Assembly (NCBI GenBank): GCA_951406725.2
Contig: OX597826.1
Coordinates: 9,920,001-9,984,000 of the forward strand
Length of the DNA stretch: 64,000 bases
Direction of reading: 5' to 3'
Source: Octopus vulgaris
Lineage: Eukaryota
The position numbers were made by a program, and so were the translations under genes. Shown here one piece after another: positions 12,499 to 27,320 of this stretch; the first letter of the stretch is position 1, and every line of letters begins with the position of its first letter. The notes under the pieces are model-generated. The model was not told the origin of the DNA. It searched no databases and saw only the letters and a program-made list of their open reading frames with translations.

Positions 12499-13757
12499 TA
12501 CAGAGAGAGAGAGAGAGAGAGAGAGCAGCACATAATACATAATTAATATGTACACCTTCGTTAACTGTATGTTAGCTGTCTATTTTATTCGCAACTACAC
12601 ACGTTCGTTGTATACACTCTTGCTAAATAACAATTCACACAGCTGTGACTATGGCAAAAACAGCATTTAACTAAATCGACTATGTTAGCTTGGTGCGTGT
12701 GTGTGTATATATATATATAAATATTTGTATGCATACAAACATACTGTTGACATTATACAGCGATCTTTCGTCACAAATATTGTATGTATATATATATCTG
12801 CGCACATTGTAGCTATTTTTGCAAACTGTTGTAGCTACACACATACTATATCACTGCATATACAAACGACATATATATGCTATATATATATATATAATTT
12901 TCAATTGGTTTTCCCATCCTGGTATGAGCTGGATGGTGTTGTGTATGTGTGTACAGAGAGAGAGAGAAAGAGATGCATCATGGAAGGTATATATGCAGGA
13001 TGCATGAGAGAGAGACACACAAGAGGGTCTAAAGCAAGACACAGCTGCATGATGGATGGAGGGAAAAGCGTGTTGCATTGTGGGCCGAGCAACCCAGCTC
13101 TTCGCCTCGCAGCACCCAGTACTGATGGAGGGAGAGAAATGCTGTCGGGAGATGCTGAAATTCTTGTGATCTCCAGTCGACAGCTGACGATGGGAGTGTC
13201 CCACCGTGCAAGCTGTATGGAACATCATAAATGATGGACTCTCCCGCCGATCCATTTCGATATTGACGACCGACTCCTTGTTAACAAACGAATTGACTGG
13301 AGGATTCCACAGATTCGTGTACCTTTTAAGTAGAATCAGTGGGACATGGCTGGATGTTTGAATTGAGGTCCATACGATTGAGCTTCTATACGATTTCCGA
13401 ATTAAATCACAAGATTACGCTGATCCGAGGTCACGGTAGAAGCGCTTGCTCCAGGTGCCACACAATGAAATCGAACCCAGAACGTTTATGTTCGTCAAGT
13501 GAACTTCTTAACACAGTTTTATGCCTGCCTACTATATATATCATTGTTGTTGTTATTCTACATAACTGACATAAGGGCATAGGGAATTTCATGCATCGCA
13601 CAAGAGTCCCTGGACCCTTCCTTGAGTTACTTAATTTTACAACCAAATAAAAAAAAAAAGAGGGATGTAAATGTAAACGAGTTCTGTCTCTCCTGTTTCT
13701 TCCATTAAACCTACAATACATATATATATATATTTATATATATATATTTATATATAT

Positions 13758-13982
13758 ACGAGCTGGCAGAATCGTTAGCACGTCGGGTTAAATGCTTAGC
13801 GGTATTTCGTCTACCGCTACGTTCTGAGTTCAAATTCCGCCGAGGTCGACTTTGCCTTTCATCCTTTCGGGGTCGATAAATAAAGTACCAGTTTCGCACT
13901 GGGGTCGTTGTAATCGACTTAATCCCTTTGTCTGTCCTTGTTTGTCCCCCTCTATGTTTAGCCCCTTGTGGGCAATAAAGAA

Positions 13983-13984
<2 letters not shown>
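13758..13984 (+). mobile_element. SINE family A
   Basis: High similarity to 5300-5529. Confidence 0.9.
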
Positions 13985-14028
<44 letters not shown>

Positions 14029-14869
14029 AAGGAGGGAGAGGCGCGCGCGCAGATTCATATAAAACCTCAGTCGCTGTGTTTATAACAATCTGTTTACATA
14101 CTCTACTGGAGATAAACATGGCTATAACTGCGTGTATATACACACACACACACATATATATATATATACACAGCTACAGATGAATGTGAACTGCAAGTAA
14201 CTGTTTATACAGCTGTATGTGTACGTTGGTACGTGTGTGTGTATGTCCACATACGTGTGTATGTGTGTGTGTGGCTAGAAACGTACACACACATGCGCGT
14301 GTCGACCATACAAATGTGTACTTGGTACCACTGGGTATGTGCACTTTACTGGCGAACATGTTTTCTTCATCTGGTTGTGTGTATGCTCCGTCTTTGCACT
14401 CCTCGACCATGTAAAATGCTACATGAGAAAATGTTCGTGCACTTTCACGTATGAAATTCTAGGAGTAGTGGACAATTACAGAGTGAAAGTGCGATTAATT
14501 TAGACACTGAGAAATATGTAACGAGAGTATATATATATATATATAATGAAAATTATATGATCTTAAATGATTCCTAATCATTATTATTATTATTATTTTT
14601 CTTTCCGTATTTTTGCTAACATTTCCATCAGTTCAAATATACGACTACCTTCGAATCACATCTTTTTTAATGTGTATTAGTAGTCAGGAACATATACACA
14701 CACACGAATAAGTTATAGATAAACGTATGTATAAATTCAAACATACAAATAAACATATGTATACGTATATGTATACATATATCCTTGTGGCTAGCCACAT
14801 TCAGATGGCTAGTACACTTTACGTTGTCGAGCGGTTACTGTTTATATCTCGTTCAGAGATTTATTAACG

Positions 14870-14943
<74 letters not shown>

Positions 14944-16229
14944 CACATATATATGAATACATATATATATGTATACACACATATATGTATACATATATAT
15001 GTGTGTGTGAAGGATCGTCTTCATACATCCGCTTTCCATGGGTTGAGAAAATATATTCAGGGTGATGTTCACCTAAAACGAATGGTTCTGAACTATTTGC
15101 CTTCAGACCCCTTTGATTTCTATTTTACTCTCCTGCATCAGACACACACACACACACACATGTAAAGAAAAATCCTATTTCATTTTTATGATTAAATATT
15201 AATTAGGAAATGTATAACAAAAATTGTTCAAAATGCTTTGCGCATTATAGAAATATAATCATAAGCTTTAACAACAAAACCTTATATGGACACCACCACT
15301 ACCAAGGGTCATATGGTTCAGATCCACTGACCTAGGCCAACTCGAAGACCCTATCCTGCTGGGGTGTTTCATTTTTATCACGGTTTCTATAGTTGGATGG
15401 CCTTGCTAACAACACCCCCACCCGACTTATTATTTTCGTAGTATCAACAATGGTTTATATTGCACTGCCTAGGATACAAACGAAAGGGATCTCCTTGACC
15501 TCGACGTCTTTGCTCGGCCGACAACGCCTCTTGTAAAATGACTGCGAGAAGTCATCAGAGTAATGAGTGTACTCAGTATTCTGAGGCGTAGATAACATTG
15601 AAAGAGGACAGAGCAAAAGGCAGGAGATGGCAACGTGACCCAAGAGATTGAGTTGAGGGGGGGAGGGACACAGAAAGAGCCCGGAAGTGTGAGTGAAAAG
15701 TAAGCAAGAGAATACGATGGCGTGAATGGGGTTTACTGACTGTACAAAAGTGGGGAGTGAAGGCAAAAAAGCAAAAAAATGCACAGGGCATAATAGGCCC
15801 TACTTGATATTTGTATAAATAGACCTCTGCATGGCAGGAACAGTTAAAAACGATAAGGATAATCATGGCGGGGTTGAGTACATGAATCTGTCCCAAGTTC
15901 ATAAATGGTGTAAATAATAGAGTTGAGTGATAGGGATGTGAGTGACAGAAAAGAATAATGTGAGAGTGATGAAGGGGTTAAGCAAGAGGGAAGCGTGCGT
16001 GTGTGTGTGTGTGCACACACACATACATACATGCGTCAAAATATATTACACTACCATATAAATACAAATAAACACAATCTGTATACATGAGAGAGACATA
16101 GACACATATATATAGTGTATATATAAGTGGGTGTGTGTGTATAAAAACATCTTCACTCACAAACATAAATAAATGGATCTCAGTAGAAATTATTCACTGT
16201 GAATTTTTAGATGTTCAATAAACTGAACG

Positions 16230-16525
16230 ACTCGGGTTCAGTCCACAGCATGGCACCTTAAGCAAGTGTTTTACTCCACAGCCTCGGGCCAACCAAAGCC
16301 TTGTGAGTGTGTGTGTGTGTGTCTTCATGCCTGTGTTTGTCATCCACCACCACTTGACAACCTAAGTTGGTGTGTTTACATCCCTGTAACTTAGTGGTTC
16401 AGCAAAAGAGCCCCATGGTTTTAAAAAGTATAAGTACTGGGGTTGATTTATTCGACTAAAAATTCTTCAAGGCAGTGCCCCAGCATGGCCACAGTCTAAC
16501 ACCTGAAACCAGTGAAAGAGAAAAG
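16230..16525 (+). mobile_element. SINE family B (decayed)
   Basis: ggttcagtccacagcatggcacc...aaagccttgtgag...cagcatggccacagtc. Confidence 0.8.
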
Positions 16526-17859
16526 ATGTTTATTTAATCATACACATCGATATATTTATGTGAATATATCAACATCATTTTCATCTGGCGTCCACATTTC
16601 CAGGCTTTCATGGATCAAACAGAATTTGTTGACAGATTTTCTATGACAGGATGCTCTTCCTGTCACCAACCTTCATCTGTTTTGAAGCAAAATATCATTT
16701 TTTGTAGAAGTCTGGTAACAAACAACCTCACTTGCATGGCAACGCTTTTTTCACAACCATCACATTAGACAAGGGTACACACAAACACACATATATATGA
16801 ATATAAGATGGGCTTCTTTCAGTTTCCATTTACCAAATCCACTCACAAGGTTTGGTCGGTCCAGGGCTAGAAGACGCTTGCTCAAGGTACTTTGCACAGT
16901 GGGACTGAACCCCAGAATGCATGGTTGTCAACCACACAGTCACACCTATATAATTATATAGCTATATATCTATAAATTCAAATATACATACATGAATATA
17001 CATATATATAAATATATGAGTGTGCGCACGTGTGTGTGTGAGCACATGCACACTCGCGTTGTGCATGTCCCTGTATGTTAGTTTACATCTACACTTCTCT
17101 GAAAATAAATCATCTGATGGCTTTGAAACTTTAAGTACATGTGGAATCAGAGAATCCCAACTTGAAAATCAGGTATGAGTTAGTGACAGGCAGGGAATCC
17201 ACCCATAATGCAATGCTTCATTATGTATTCATCTAACTCATGCTAGCAAGAACAATGTGGATGTAAAATGAAAGAATAAATATGTATATATATACACGTG
17301 TGTGTGTATGTGGTAAGTTTGCTCTCCAACCATAAGGTTTTAGGTTCATTCTCACTGCATGAGAACTTGAGTAATTGATATCTATTACGACCCCAGGCTG
17401 ATCAGAGGCTTGTGAATGAATCTGACAGATAGAAACTGAAAAAAGTCTCCTTGCTTTGGCATCACGTGATAGTTGCAACTGAATATCACCGTCATACAAG
17501 TGGTGTCCATTTTCAGCCTTTTGTGAAAACGTGTCTGATTCTGGGGAGGAAATATTGCCATCTTTGGAAACAGGTGAGTGTTGGTAATGGGAAGGGCACC
17601 TGGCCATAGAAAAGCCACCTGACTCGTGAAAGCATGGAAAAGTAGGCATTAAAATTATGAAAAATTATTTATATACATACACACATCATCATCATCATTT
17701 AACATCTGCCTTCCATGCTGGCATGGGTTGAAGGAAGACTACACCAGGTTCCTGGGTCCATTTTGGCATGGTTTTTATGGTTGGATGCCCTTCCTTAACA
17801 CCAACCACCCAACAGAGTGAACTGAGGGCTTTTTCACACACACACCCACACATACTGTG

Positions 17860-18175
17860 ATGGTGCATGTCCTAGTGGTTCCGATACTTAGCTCATGATC
17901 ATAAAGTTATGATTTCAATAGCCAGTGTTGTGTCATATCCTTCAGCAAGACACTCTATTTCATGCTACACCAGTTCATTCTGTTGTCAAAAAGGTGTTAT
18001 ACCTATGATTCAAGGGGCCAACCATGTCACATTGTGTGTTGCACTGAATTTCCCTGAGAACTACATTAAGAGTACGTGTCTGTGGAGCGCTCAGCCACTT
18101 GCACATTAATTTCAAGTTTGCTGTTCTGTTGATCAAATCAACTGAAACCCTTCTCGTCATAACTGACAGAGTGCC
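17860..18175 (+). mobile_element. tRNA-derived SINE family D (decayed)
   Basis: Similar to 21005-21275. Head related to 53925-54160(-) and 55660-55897(-). Confidence 0.65.
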
Positions 18176-19254
18176 ATATATGTATACATACGGACACACA
18201 TTTTAAGGTGTCCTATATTTTTTAGAAAGGTTACCTTACTTTTCACCTGGTCAACAAGTCACCAGAAACTTGTTCGTGTCAAATCTCAAGCCAGTTGAAC
18301 CATTTTTATATTCCTACAGGTGGAAGCAAAATTTTCAACTCCCACAAAGGGACAAATTTTATCCATTTTTTTTCTACATATTATTATTTTGTTTGTTGCA
18401 TTTCGAGCATACGGTCATCGACCCTTACTTGTTTCCAAGCAAGGTTATATTCCGCCCCCACCCACCCAACTGGACATGTTCCCATGAAAGATTGGGAATG
18501 ATGCTGAGTATATGATAATGACATTCATTTACAATTATCACACAATGTCAGGGTGAGAAGATGCATGCTCACACACACACACAACAGGGTTTTTTTTTTC
18601 TTCAGTTTCTATCAAATCCACTCACAAGACTTTGGTCAGCCCAAGATTATAATGGAAGACACTTGTCCAAGATGCCAAGCAGTGACAATAAATCCAAAGC
18701 CACATGTGTTGAAAGCAAACTTCTTAACCACATATGGTTATGACTGCACCTCTACTATATAACAATACCATTTTATGTATAGCAGAATAGTCATAAGATT
18801 TAATTGTAAAAAATAGTCATACCGTACTAGGGACAAATCATTTGATTAAAAATTCTTCAAGGTGGTGCCTGAGCATAGCTGCTATCTAAAGACTGGAACA
18901 AGTAAAAGATAAAAGATCCAAGATGCAATTTTTCATGAATATGAACATGCTTCCTCCCATGGTTACGGCTACCATGGGAAGCATCGTCCCAAAGGCTGAT
19001 AATATATTCTATTTTTAATACGTTGACACCACCAAATATCTAAACGCCATGACAACATAAACTAAACTTTATAGGCAACACTTGGTATGTTTTTCGAAAA
19101 ATCTTCACTGATTATCTGAAGATGTTCTATGACATCATTGGTTATCAATTAGGGTCCACATGACTGACCCTTGGAGGTCAACATAAAATTTTGTTGTTAA
19201 AGTCTATGTGCAATAAGCGGATTACACTCCTACAACACACAAATTATTTTCTTT

Positions 19255-19815
19255 CATTCTTTTACTTGTTTCAGTCATTAGACTGCGGCCATGCTGTAAC
19301 ATCACCTTGAAGAATTTTTAGTCAACTGAATCAATCCCAGAACTATATTTTAAGCCTGTAAGGCGGCGAGCTGGCAGAATCGTTAGCACATCAGGCGAAA
19401 TGCTTAGCGGTATTTCGTCTGCCGTTACATTCTGAGTTCAAATTCCGCCAAGGTTGACTTTGCCTCTCATCCTTTCGGGGTCGATTAAATAAGTACCAGT
19501 TACACACTGGGGTTGATATAATCGACCTAATCCGTTTGTCTGTCCTTGTTTGTCCCCTCTGTGTTTAGCCCCTTGTGGGCAGTAAAGAAACGTATATTTT
19601 AAGCCTGTTACTTATTCTATTGGTTCCATTTGACAAAACAACCAAGTTACAGGAACATAAACACACCAACACCAGTATCAAGTGGCAGCAGTGGACAAAC
19701 AGACACAAAGTCACACACATATATGGTGGGCTTCTTCAGTTTCTCTCTATCAAATCTACATGCAAGGCTTCAATCAACCTAAGACTATAACAGAAGCCAC
19801 TTCCCAAAGTGCTGA
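19255..19815 (-). mobile_element. SINE family B interrupted by a nested family A SINE
   Basis: Family B tail at 19255 and body resuming after 19608. Confidence 0.8.
19360..19592 (+). mobile_element. Full-length SINE family A with 16-bp target-site duplication
   Basis: TSD tatattttaagcctgt at 19344-19359 and 19593-19608. Confidence 0.92.
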
Positions 19816-21697
19816 ACCAACAATTTTTTTCACACATTTTCTTATAATATTTAATTAGAAAAATATAACAGTATTTTTAAAACATCAAATGGTTTTGAGG
19901 ATACATTTGAGTAAAATAAGAATCAAAGGTATCCATCCGTAAAAGAAAATGGTTCAGAACCAATGTACTACAGACTTCAAAACCCTTCATAAAGGTGATG
20001 ATTAGAGGCAAGCCAAATAACTTTTCAAATCAAGCTGTTCCTCAAGAAATTTACTAGCACCGGTCTTGTCCATAATTTGAGTGAGTTGCTTTCAAAACTA
20101 ATGCCATACTACAATCTCCAGTGTACTATTCTTCCACTGTTGTCTCAATCACCTTTACCTGCAGAGCAAGAATTTTCAGTCACAAATACGATTAACAGAC
20201 CAACATTTTCTACATGGGGGTCAACTTGTGACAATAACAGTCAGTCGTTTTGCTGGCTTCTCTTTTAAATCATGTATAAGATTCAAGTTCCAGTGCAGGA
20301 TTGAGAATGATGGAATATCAAAACCATTCTTTCTTTTTCTTTTTCTGTATTTCTCTTAACAATGGAACATGAACATTCAGTCATACAAACACACACATGT
20401 ATAAGGGATTTCTGCAGCTTCTCTCCATCAAAAATCTCTCATATGGTATTGGTCAGCCAGGTGCTATAGTAGATACTTACCAAAGTTTCCACACCACACA
20501 TACTTATAGGTATGTATGTATTATATATAGTTGGGGATATGCTAAGCTGGTCTCTTTCAACAACAAAACACAACTCATATCAAAGAAACCTCAGTGCACC
20601 ATATTCACTTATGAGCAACACTCAACTAGAACCCACACAATCACACTCATAGTCAGGTCTTACAATCATTGAGAATCTCTTCTGGTGAAAACCACATCTT
20701 TAACATTGCTAGGACCACATCCCAATAAGTGAACCTTCCTTTCGAAAGCAGAACATACCTCAGCTCACACCCCCAACGATTATTGATACTCTACAAAACC
20801 CACATAAGAATATTGTGTTGGTTGGTCCATGGCTGTAGCAAAGGTCACTAGCTAGCAACACCACCGATGGAAATGACCCTTGAATCAGGTGATACCAAAG
20901 TGAATTTCTTAACCACACAATTATACCTTCATCAACCCGCATATATATATAGACAGACAGTTAAAGATAGACAAAGCATTGTCATTTTAACCAATCTGTA
21001 TGAATACAGCTCACAATTGTAAGGTTGTGTGTTCAATTCTTGGCAGTGCTTTGTGCCCTCAGCAAGACATTTTATTTCACTCAGCTGGCAGAAATGAGTT
21101 GTACCTGTATTTCAAAGGGCCAACCTTGTCACATTCTGTTACACCGAATCTTCCTGAAAACCATGTTATGGGTAAAACATGTCTGTGGAGTGCTCAGCCA
21201 CTTGCATGTTAATATGATGAGCAGGCCGTTGATTGGATCGACTGGAACACTCATCGTTGTAACCGACAGAGTGTCAGTATATACCACCATCATCATCTTT
21301 TAACATCCATCTTTGCATGCTTGCATGGACTAGACAGATTCTCTACAGTCTTGTGTTCATCCTGTCACCATCCTTCACCTGTTTCCAAGCAAAGTCCTTA
21401 AAAAAATGAACCACACAATGGCTGGAGATGTGTTCAAGGATGATTGTAAATGAACAATAATTGTATGATAGAGACATTTGTCTAGAATTAACATGCAATG
21501 CTCAAGACAAAGAACACAGACAAACACACTGACACATGATAGGCTTCTTTTTAGTTTCCATCTATCAAATCCACTGACAAAGCCTTCATCAGCTGAAGAC
21601 TGGTAGAAGACACCTGCCCAAGATGCTGCGCAGTGGGACTGAACCTGTAAACCACATAGTTGCAAAGCAAACTTCTTAACCACACATCAAAATATAT

Positions 21698-21738
<41 letters not shown>

Positions 21739-21744
21739 GAAATC

Positions 21745-21869
21745 ATAAATTAGGGTATCTACGAGATATCACCATGCTGAAAATAGCAGCCACGATCCGA
21801 CACTAAAACCACCTTAATTGTCTGCATATTGGTTCAGCATGGTGGTATCTCGTAGATACCCTAATTTAT
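21745..21869. repeat. 37-bp-arm inverted repeat in a (TA)n-flanked insert
   Basis: Arms 21745-21781 and 21833-21869. Contains tgctgaaaatagcagcc. Confidence 0.8.
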
Positions 21870-23529
21870 AATTTTAAATAATTATTACCTTTGAAGGTTG
21901 TTTTTTCCATGCTGGCCACTTGATAAAATCGCTATTTTATTTTAAATTAACGATCTTATCCTTATTTTTATATATATATATACTTACATATGCTTTGCAA
22001 TGATAGTTTTCTGTTCAGTCCTACCTTGGGTAAATGTCTTATGGGTAAATTTGTGAACGGAAGCTGTATGGAGCTGTGACATATGTAGGCATGTGTGTTT
22101 ACATCAATATTCCATGTTTTCACTTGTCACCATTAGAGAGAAAGTGTTATGTTCATATGTTCACATAGACATTACAGCCTGCCGCTCTGCACTCTCAAAG
22201 ACCGATAGGACAGAAAAAAATCCCTTGGGTTGGGGACTAGAAGAGCATCTGATTGCAAATCTGCCAAATACACACACATTTGCATTTAAATGCGTACACA
22301 CGTCCTGTGAGTGAATTTGGTAACTATGCGGAGACCTATTAAATGTGTGTACATATGTATTTATATACATATAACAGGCTTCTGTACAGTTGCTCTTTAG
22401 TGAATTCATGCACAAAACATTGCTCAAAGACATTTGCCAAAGGTGCTGTACAGTGGGATAAAACTGAAAGCCACATGGTAACGAAGCAAATTTCTTAACC
22501 ACACAGATCAAAGCCTTGTGGGTGGATCGGATAAACTGAAAGAAGTCCATATGTATCAATATATGTGAGTGTGTGCATGTTTGTATCTCTGGTCTGACAC
22601 TGTGTGATAGTTGTAAATGAGTGTCACTGTTATACAAGCAGTGTCATTCATTTTCAATATTCAGTGAAAACAAGCCTGGCTGTGGGAAAATATTGCCTTG
22701 CTTTCGGAAACAAGTGAGGGTAGACTATAGGAAGGGGCATCTGGCCATAGAAAATCTGCCTCAATAAACTCCATCTGACCGATGCAGATATGGAAATATG
22801 CACATCACACATTTATGTACCTAACAACATTTCATCATTTTACATTTGCTTTACATACTGGATTGTGTTGGACAAGTTATCATCACTCCAGATGGACTGG
22901 AGGAGGACTACACTTGATTCATTGATTTCATTGCTGGCCTAGTTTCTCTTTTACTTTTGGCTAGGCGCCCTTCCTAATACCAACCACTTTATAAAGTGTA
23001 CAGCATACAGCTTGTCCTAGTATGAGCACTAGAGAAGTGGTCATGTCCTTGACAAAGCTAAAGGGTAAGGGTCCTTTGAACCCTATGTTATTTCCGCTCG
23101 TTTGCTAACCCCTCTATGAACGGTACTGAGTACATTTTATCATGTTACCAAACACAAGTGAGACTGCCTTCTGCCTCACAAGACATGAAAAAAAAAAGAA
23201 TGATGTTCATGTGTAATTAAGTACAGAATGTGAAGGTTGACTACAGATAAGACAAACAAGTTAAGTGAGTAGGAGAAGGGGATGAGTGCCAGAGATGAAG
23301 GGGGTTCGCTAGGTCCAATGACAACTTTACACAGATAGACAATATGGCACAGTGAACAAGATCCAACAGCATCCCTTGGTACACAAGTGACATACGACAG
23401 TGAACAGAAGAAAGGGTGAGTGACAAAAAAAATTAAGAGGGTATCAACAACAGGTAAGGGTAGGCAGCTGATGTAGACGTACAGGCACACATTGTGCGAG
23501 GGGCCCAAATGTAGATAAACCTCCCGACC

Positions 23530-23900
23530 ATCATCACTACCAATATTTTAACATTCGTTTCACCAAGCCTACACAGGTGGGCGGGTTTTCTCCAATCACT
23601 GCAGTCGTTTGCCATCTCCTCCATGAGGTTCAACATCCTTATAATCAATTTTCACCGCTTCATCCCACGTCTTCCGGAGTCTCCCTCTTCCCCGGGTTCC
23701 ATCTATTTTCTCGTACCTTGCACCTCTTCATACCACCGCCATCCTCGTTCGCATCACATGTCCATACCAACGCAGTCTTCTCCCTTGCACACAACACATC
23801 CAATTCATCTGATGCACAATTTTCCTCCTGAACTCGTCTGTACTCATTTGTCGTTCATGCACACACATTGTAACATGTAGCCCATGTCGTTTCCGTCGGA
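23530..23900 (-). mobile_element. RTE-clade LINE 3' fragment
   Basis: Minus-strand translation RRLRWYGHVMR...GRGRLRKTWDEAVK...DWRK matches the RTE C-terminal signature. Confidence 0.8.
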
Positions 23901-26287
23901 ACAGCACAGTTTCTCAATGTTAATCAGTCGTATACTGTCACACAACACTATCTCTTGTTAACAAAACCAATGATCCTTGAAATGATAATACAGATTAGTT
24001 TATTTAATACACCTCTAGCAGGATATCTGACGAGAACTGTGATACACACGCGTATACATATACCTACAAACACAAATACATTTATAAATATATTTTTACT
24101 GCCCAGAAGGAGCTAAACATAGAGGGGACAAACAAGGACAGACGAAGGGATTGAGTCGATTATATCGCCCCCAGTGCGAAACTGGTACTTTATTTATCGA
24201 CCCCGAAAGGATGAAAGGTAAAGACCCAATCACACACACACATTCATATACATATATATATACATACATACATACATACACTCGTCACATATATATACAC
24301 GCTCCCACTCATAGAAACATAAATATATATACACATTCGTCGGAACAAACCTATATACACACGTACATACGTACACAACTTTAAACATAATAATAAATAG
24401 CGTAGGAAGGCCTGGTTAGTTTCTCTTAGGGCCTCTCTGCATCTCGCATTGAATATAATGCATAAATAAAATATATCTTGTGGTGAAGTGTCTTACACAC
24501 ATACACAACACTGGCACAGATGTACTTTTAACAATGTATGTGGAAATAAATCAATGATTAATAAATGCAGTGTGGAAAAAGGAGGATATGGTGTGCTCCA
24601 TCAAATGTGTGTATGATTAGGTTCGCTGGTGCATATAACAACAACACGAGCCGCCTAATTTCAGAGGAATAACAGCTTAAAAAGAGAGGTGGGGGAATTA
24701 TATTTTGCTGACAAGTGATTGAAGGAAGGCTGGGTAGTAAATATATAATAAACTTGTGCACTAAATTCGACTTGTTTTGTCAAGCGTTGAAAGTGTGACA
24801 GTTGCACTTCAAGAATGACAGGTTTCAACGATGGAGGTTTTGTCAGACGGGACAGAAATTCCTGTCAGATTGGATGTAGCAATGGCAAAACAAAAACAAG
24901 CACAACACGTCTCACAAACACAAACAGAAATAATCTCACACCAAGAATAACTGGAATAAAATACACCCCAACAATAAAACTACAACCACATGTAAAAATA
25001 GTAGCAAGGGGCCCCTCTAGCTTTCTGTCACTACGTGATTGGTTGACTTGCTAGAAATTGCAACCAAACCTCCCTTATATCACATTCTAACATCTTTAAA
25101 ATAAATGACACACTGGATAACGCAGTCCTAGATATACATGGTCTAGAAGAGGAGAGGGAAAAAAGAGATAGGTACTACTTAAGACGAGATGATCACGCCT
25201 GGAACGCCACTAACAATGGATTTGCTCTATCAGGATTGACTCACATGGGGCTATGATACATGTAAAACCCACAATATACGCAGACTTAATGCAATACATA
25301 CACAGGATATTTTTTGCTGTTTTTTTTTTAAGTGACACCACCTACACGGACATACAAAATAGATTATAAAGATTATTCGATTGTCAAAACATTCACACGA
25401 TACCAACGAAAGGATTGAGTTTATTTTCGTCTTCATAACCGAGAATATGTGACGTTCATGATTTTCGTTAATGCCCTTGAAAAAGCCCGCAACATCACAA
25501 GATCCCAACCCTCTTCTATATAAATTAAAGGAGCAACACACACACACACACTATCGTATGTATATATGTATGTTTGTCCTACATTTTTGAAATGGCAGTT
25601 GTGTGTGTTTAATTAAACGTTCCATTAATTAATTAATTAGCAAGTCTATATAGAAAAGTTTTAAAAAAACATAAGTCAAAATAAAAAGGATCGGTTTGAC
25701 AACCTGGTGCTATTTAGAAATAATAGTAATAGTAATAATGATAATAATAGATTAGAAATATTTCAGAGCCGTTATGAAAGAAAAAAACCGTAAACAGAGA
25801 AGTCGAGATAGGACATTATGACAGTAAAGTAAGTCGAAGGCCTGTTTTCCGTTCCCACACATGAAATTAAGATGATGACACAAATAGACAACCAAACAAC
25901 AGAATCCACCATCATCATCCGCTGAAATAATTAGGGGCTTTGATATTGTCAATGGTATAAAAGAAAAATGGAATATATATATATAGGAACGTATAATTGA
26001 TGTATGTAAGTGCGCGTAATTATAACAGATAGAATATACAAATGTGTTTATACACATAATATATATACATATATATATATACACACAAACAACTGAACAG
26101 TGAATGTGAAACAGAAATAAACAAGAATTGAAATAGAGGAGTGGGTTTAAAAAAAAAAGGGGTTTTAAAGACATTAATTGATAAATCAATAGAGATGATC
26201 AACACAAGTTGATCGCGATTTGGTTAGAGAAGGGCAAAAACTGCAAAAAGAAGGATGGACAAAAGGTGGTTGCTATGTGGTTTTTAC

Positions 26288-26760
26288 CTTAGATTCGTAG
26301 ACTGTGTTGTGTTCCAGTTGGACATAAAGAGATGATGAGTTGTGTGTGTACACAGATGATTCTGTGTATGTATGTGTTTGTAATGAGCGTACGTGCCATA
26401 TAACAAACAGTAACAAGCAACTATGAGAAGAGAGTGAGTGCGGATGGTCCTGGTTGGTTGTAGATTTCCAGTTTCACAGCTAGTAACTGGCTTGGCTAGC
26501 TCTGATTTTTCTTAAACAGCAATAGTACCAAGCAGTAGTAAGGGCATTAGTAAAGGTGGTGGTAGTGATAGTAGTGGTGGCAATAGTAAAGGTGGTGGGG
26601 GTAATAGTAGTGGCGGCGGTAATAATAGCGCGAGGGTAGCGGGGACAGGCATGACAGTAAGAGAGGAAAGGGGAGAGTGTAAGCTCAAAAACAACAACAA
26701 ATAGGCCAGTACAGTTCTGGCGCCAAAACGCCATCTCTCGACAGGTTTGTAAATCATATT
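26288..26760 (-). promoter_or_regulatory. Candidate promoter and non-coding first exon
   Basis: E2F-type TTTTGGCGCCA (26718-26728, minus) and CpG enrichment. Donor AAG|GTAAAA at 26288/26287. Confidence 0.35.
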
Positions 26761-26889
26761 CCTCGTAAGAGCACGTAACTCATGTCGTATTTTTTAGATA
26801 TTTATTTACGAACGTTGTGAAGGGTGCTGAACGGTTTTAATATACACATGCGCATTTTATATATATTTATATTTATATATATATCCTTC

Positions 26890-27320
26890 ATCTTTTACTT
26901 ACTTCAGGTATTGAACTGCGGCCATGCTGGGGCACCACATCGAAGGGCTTTATTGAGCAAATCCACAATACTTAATTTTTAATGCATCGGCCTCGGGGAC
27001 GTAAACAAACCAACACCGGTTGTCAAGCGATGGTGGCCACACACGCACGCACACACACACACACACCCACACATATAGATCTCTGAGTTCAAATTCCGCC
27101 GAGGTGGGACTTTGCCTTTCATCCTTTCGGGGTCGATAAATAAAGTACCAATTTCGCACTGGGGTCGATGTAATCGACTTGATCCGTTTGTCTGTCCTTA
27201 TTTGTCCCCTCTGTGTTTGGCCCCTTGTGGATAGTAAAGAAATATATATATACATAGATATATGTATATTACGCACGTACGACGGCCTTCTTTCAATTTC
27301 CGTCGACCGATTTCATTCAC
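26890..27320 (-). mobile_element. SINE family B with nested partial family A (27082-27243, +)
   Basis: Family B tail and body interrupted by ctgagttcaaattccgccgagg...gtaaagaaat. Confidence 0.8.

Noticed and set aside
13180-13218. Hammerhead-like CUGACGA followed by a 5-bp stem
   Set aside because: The required GAAA after stem II is missing.
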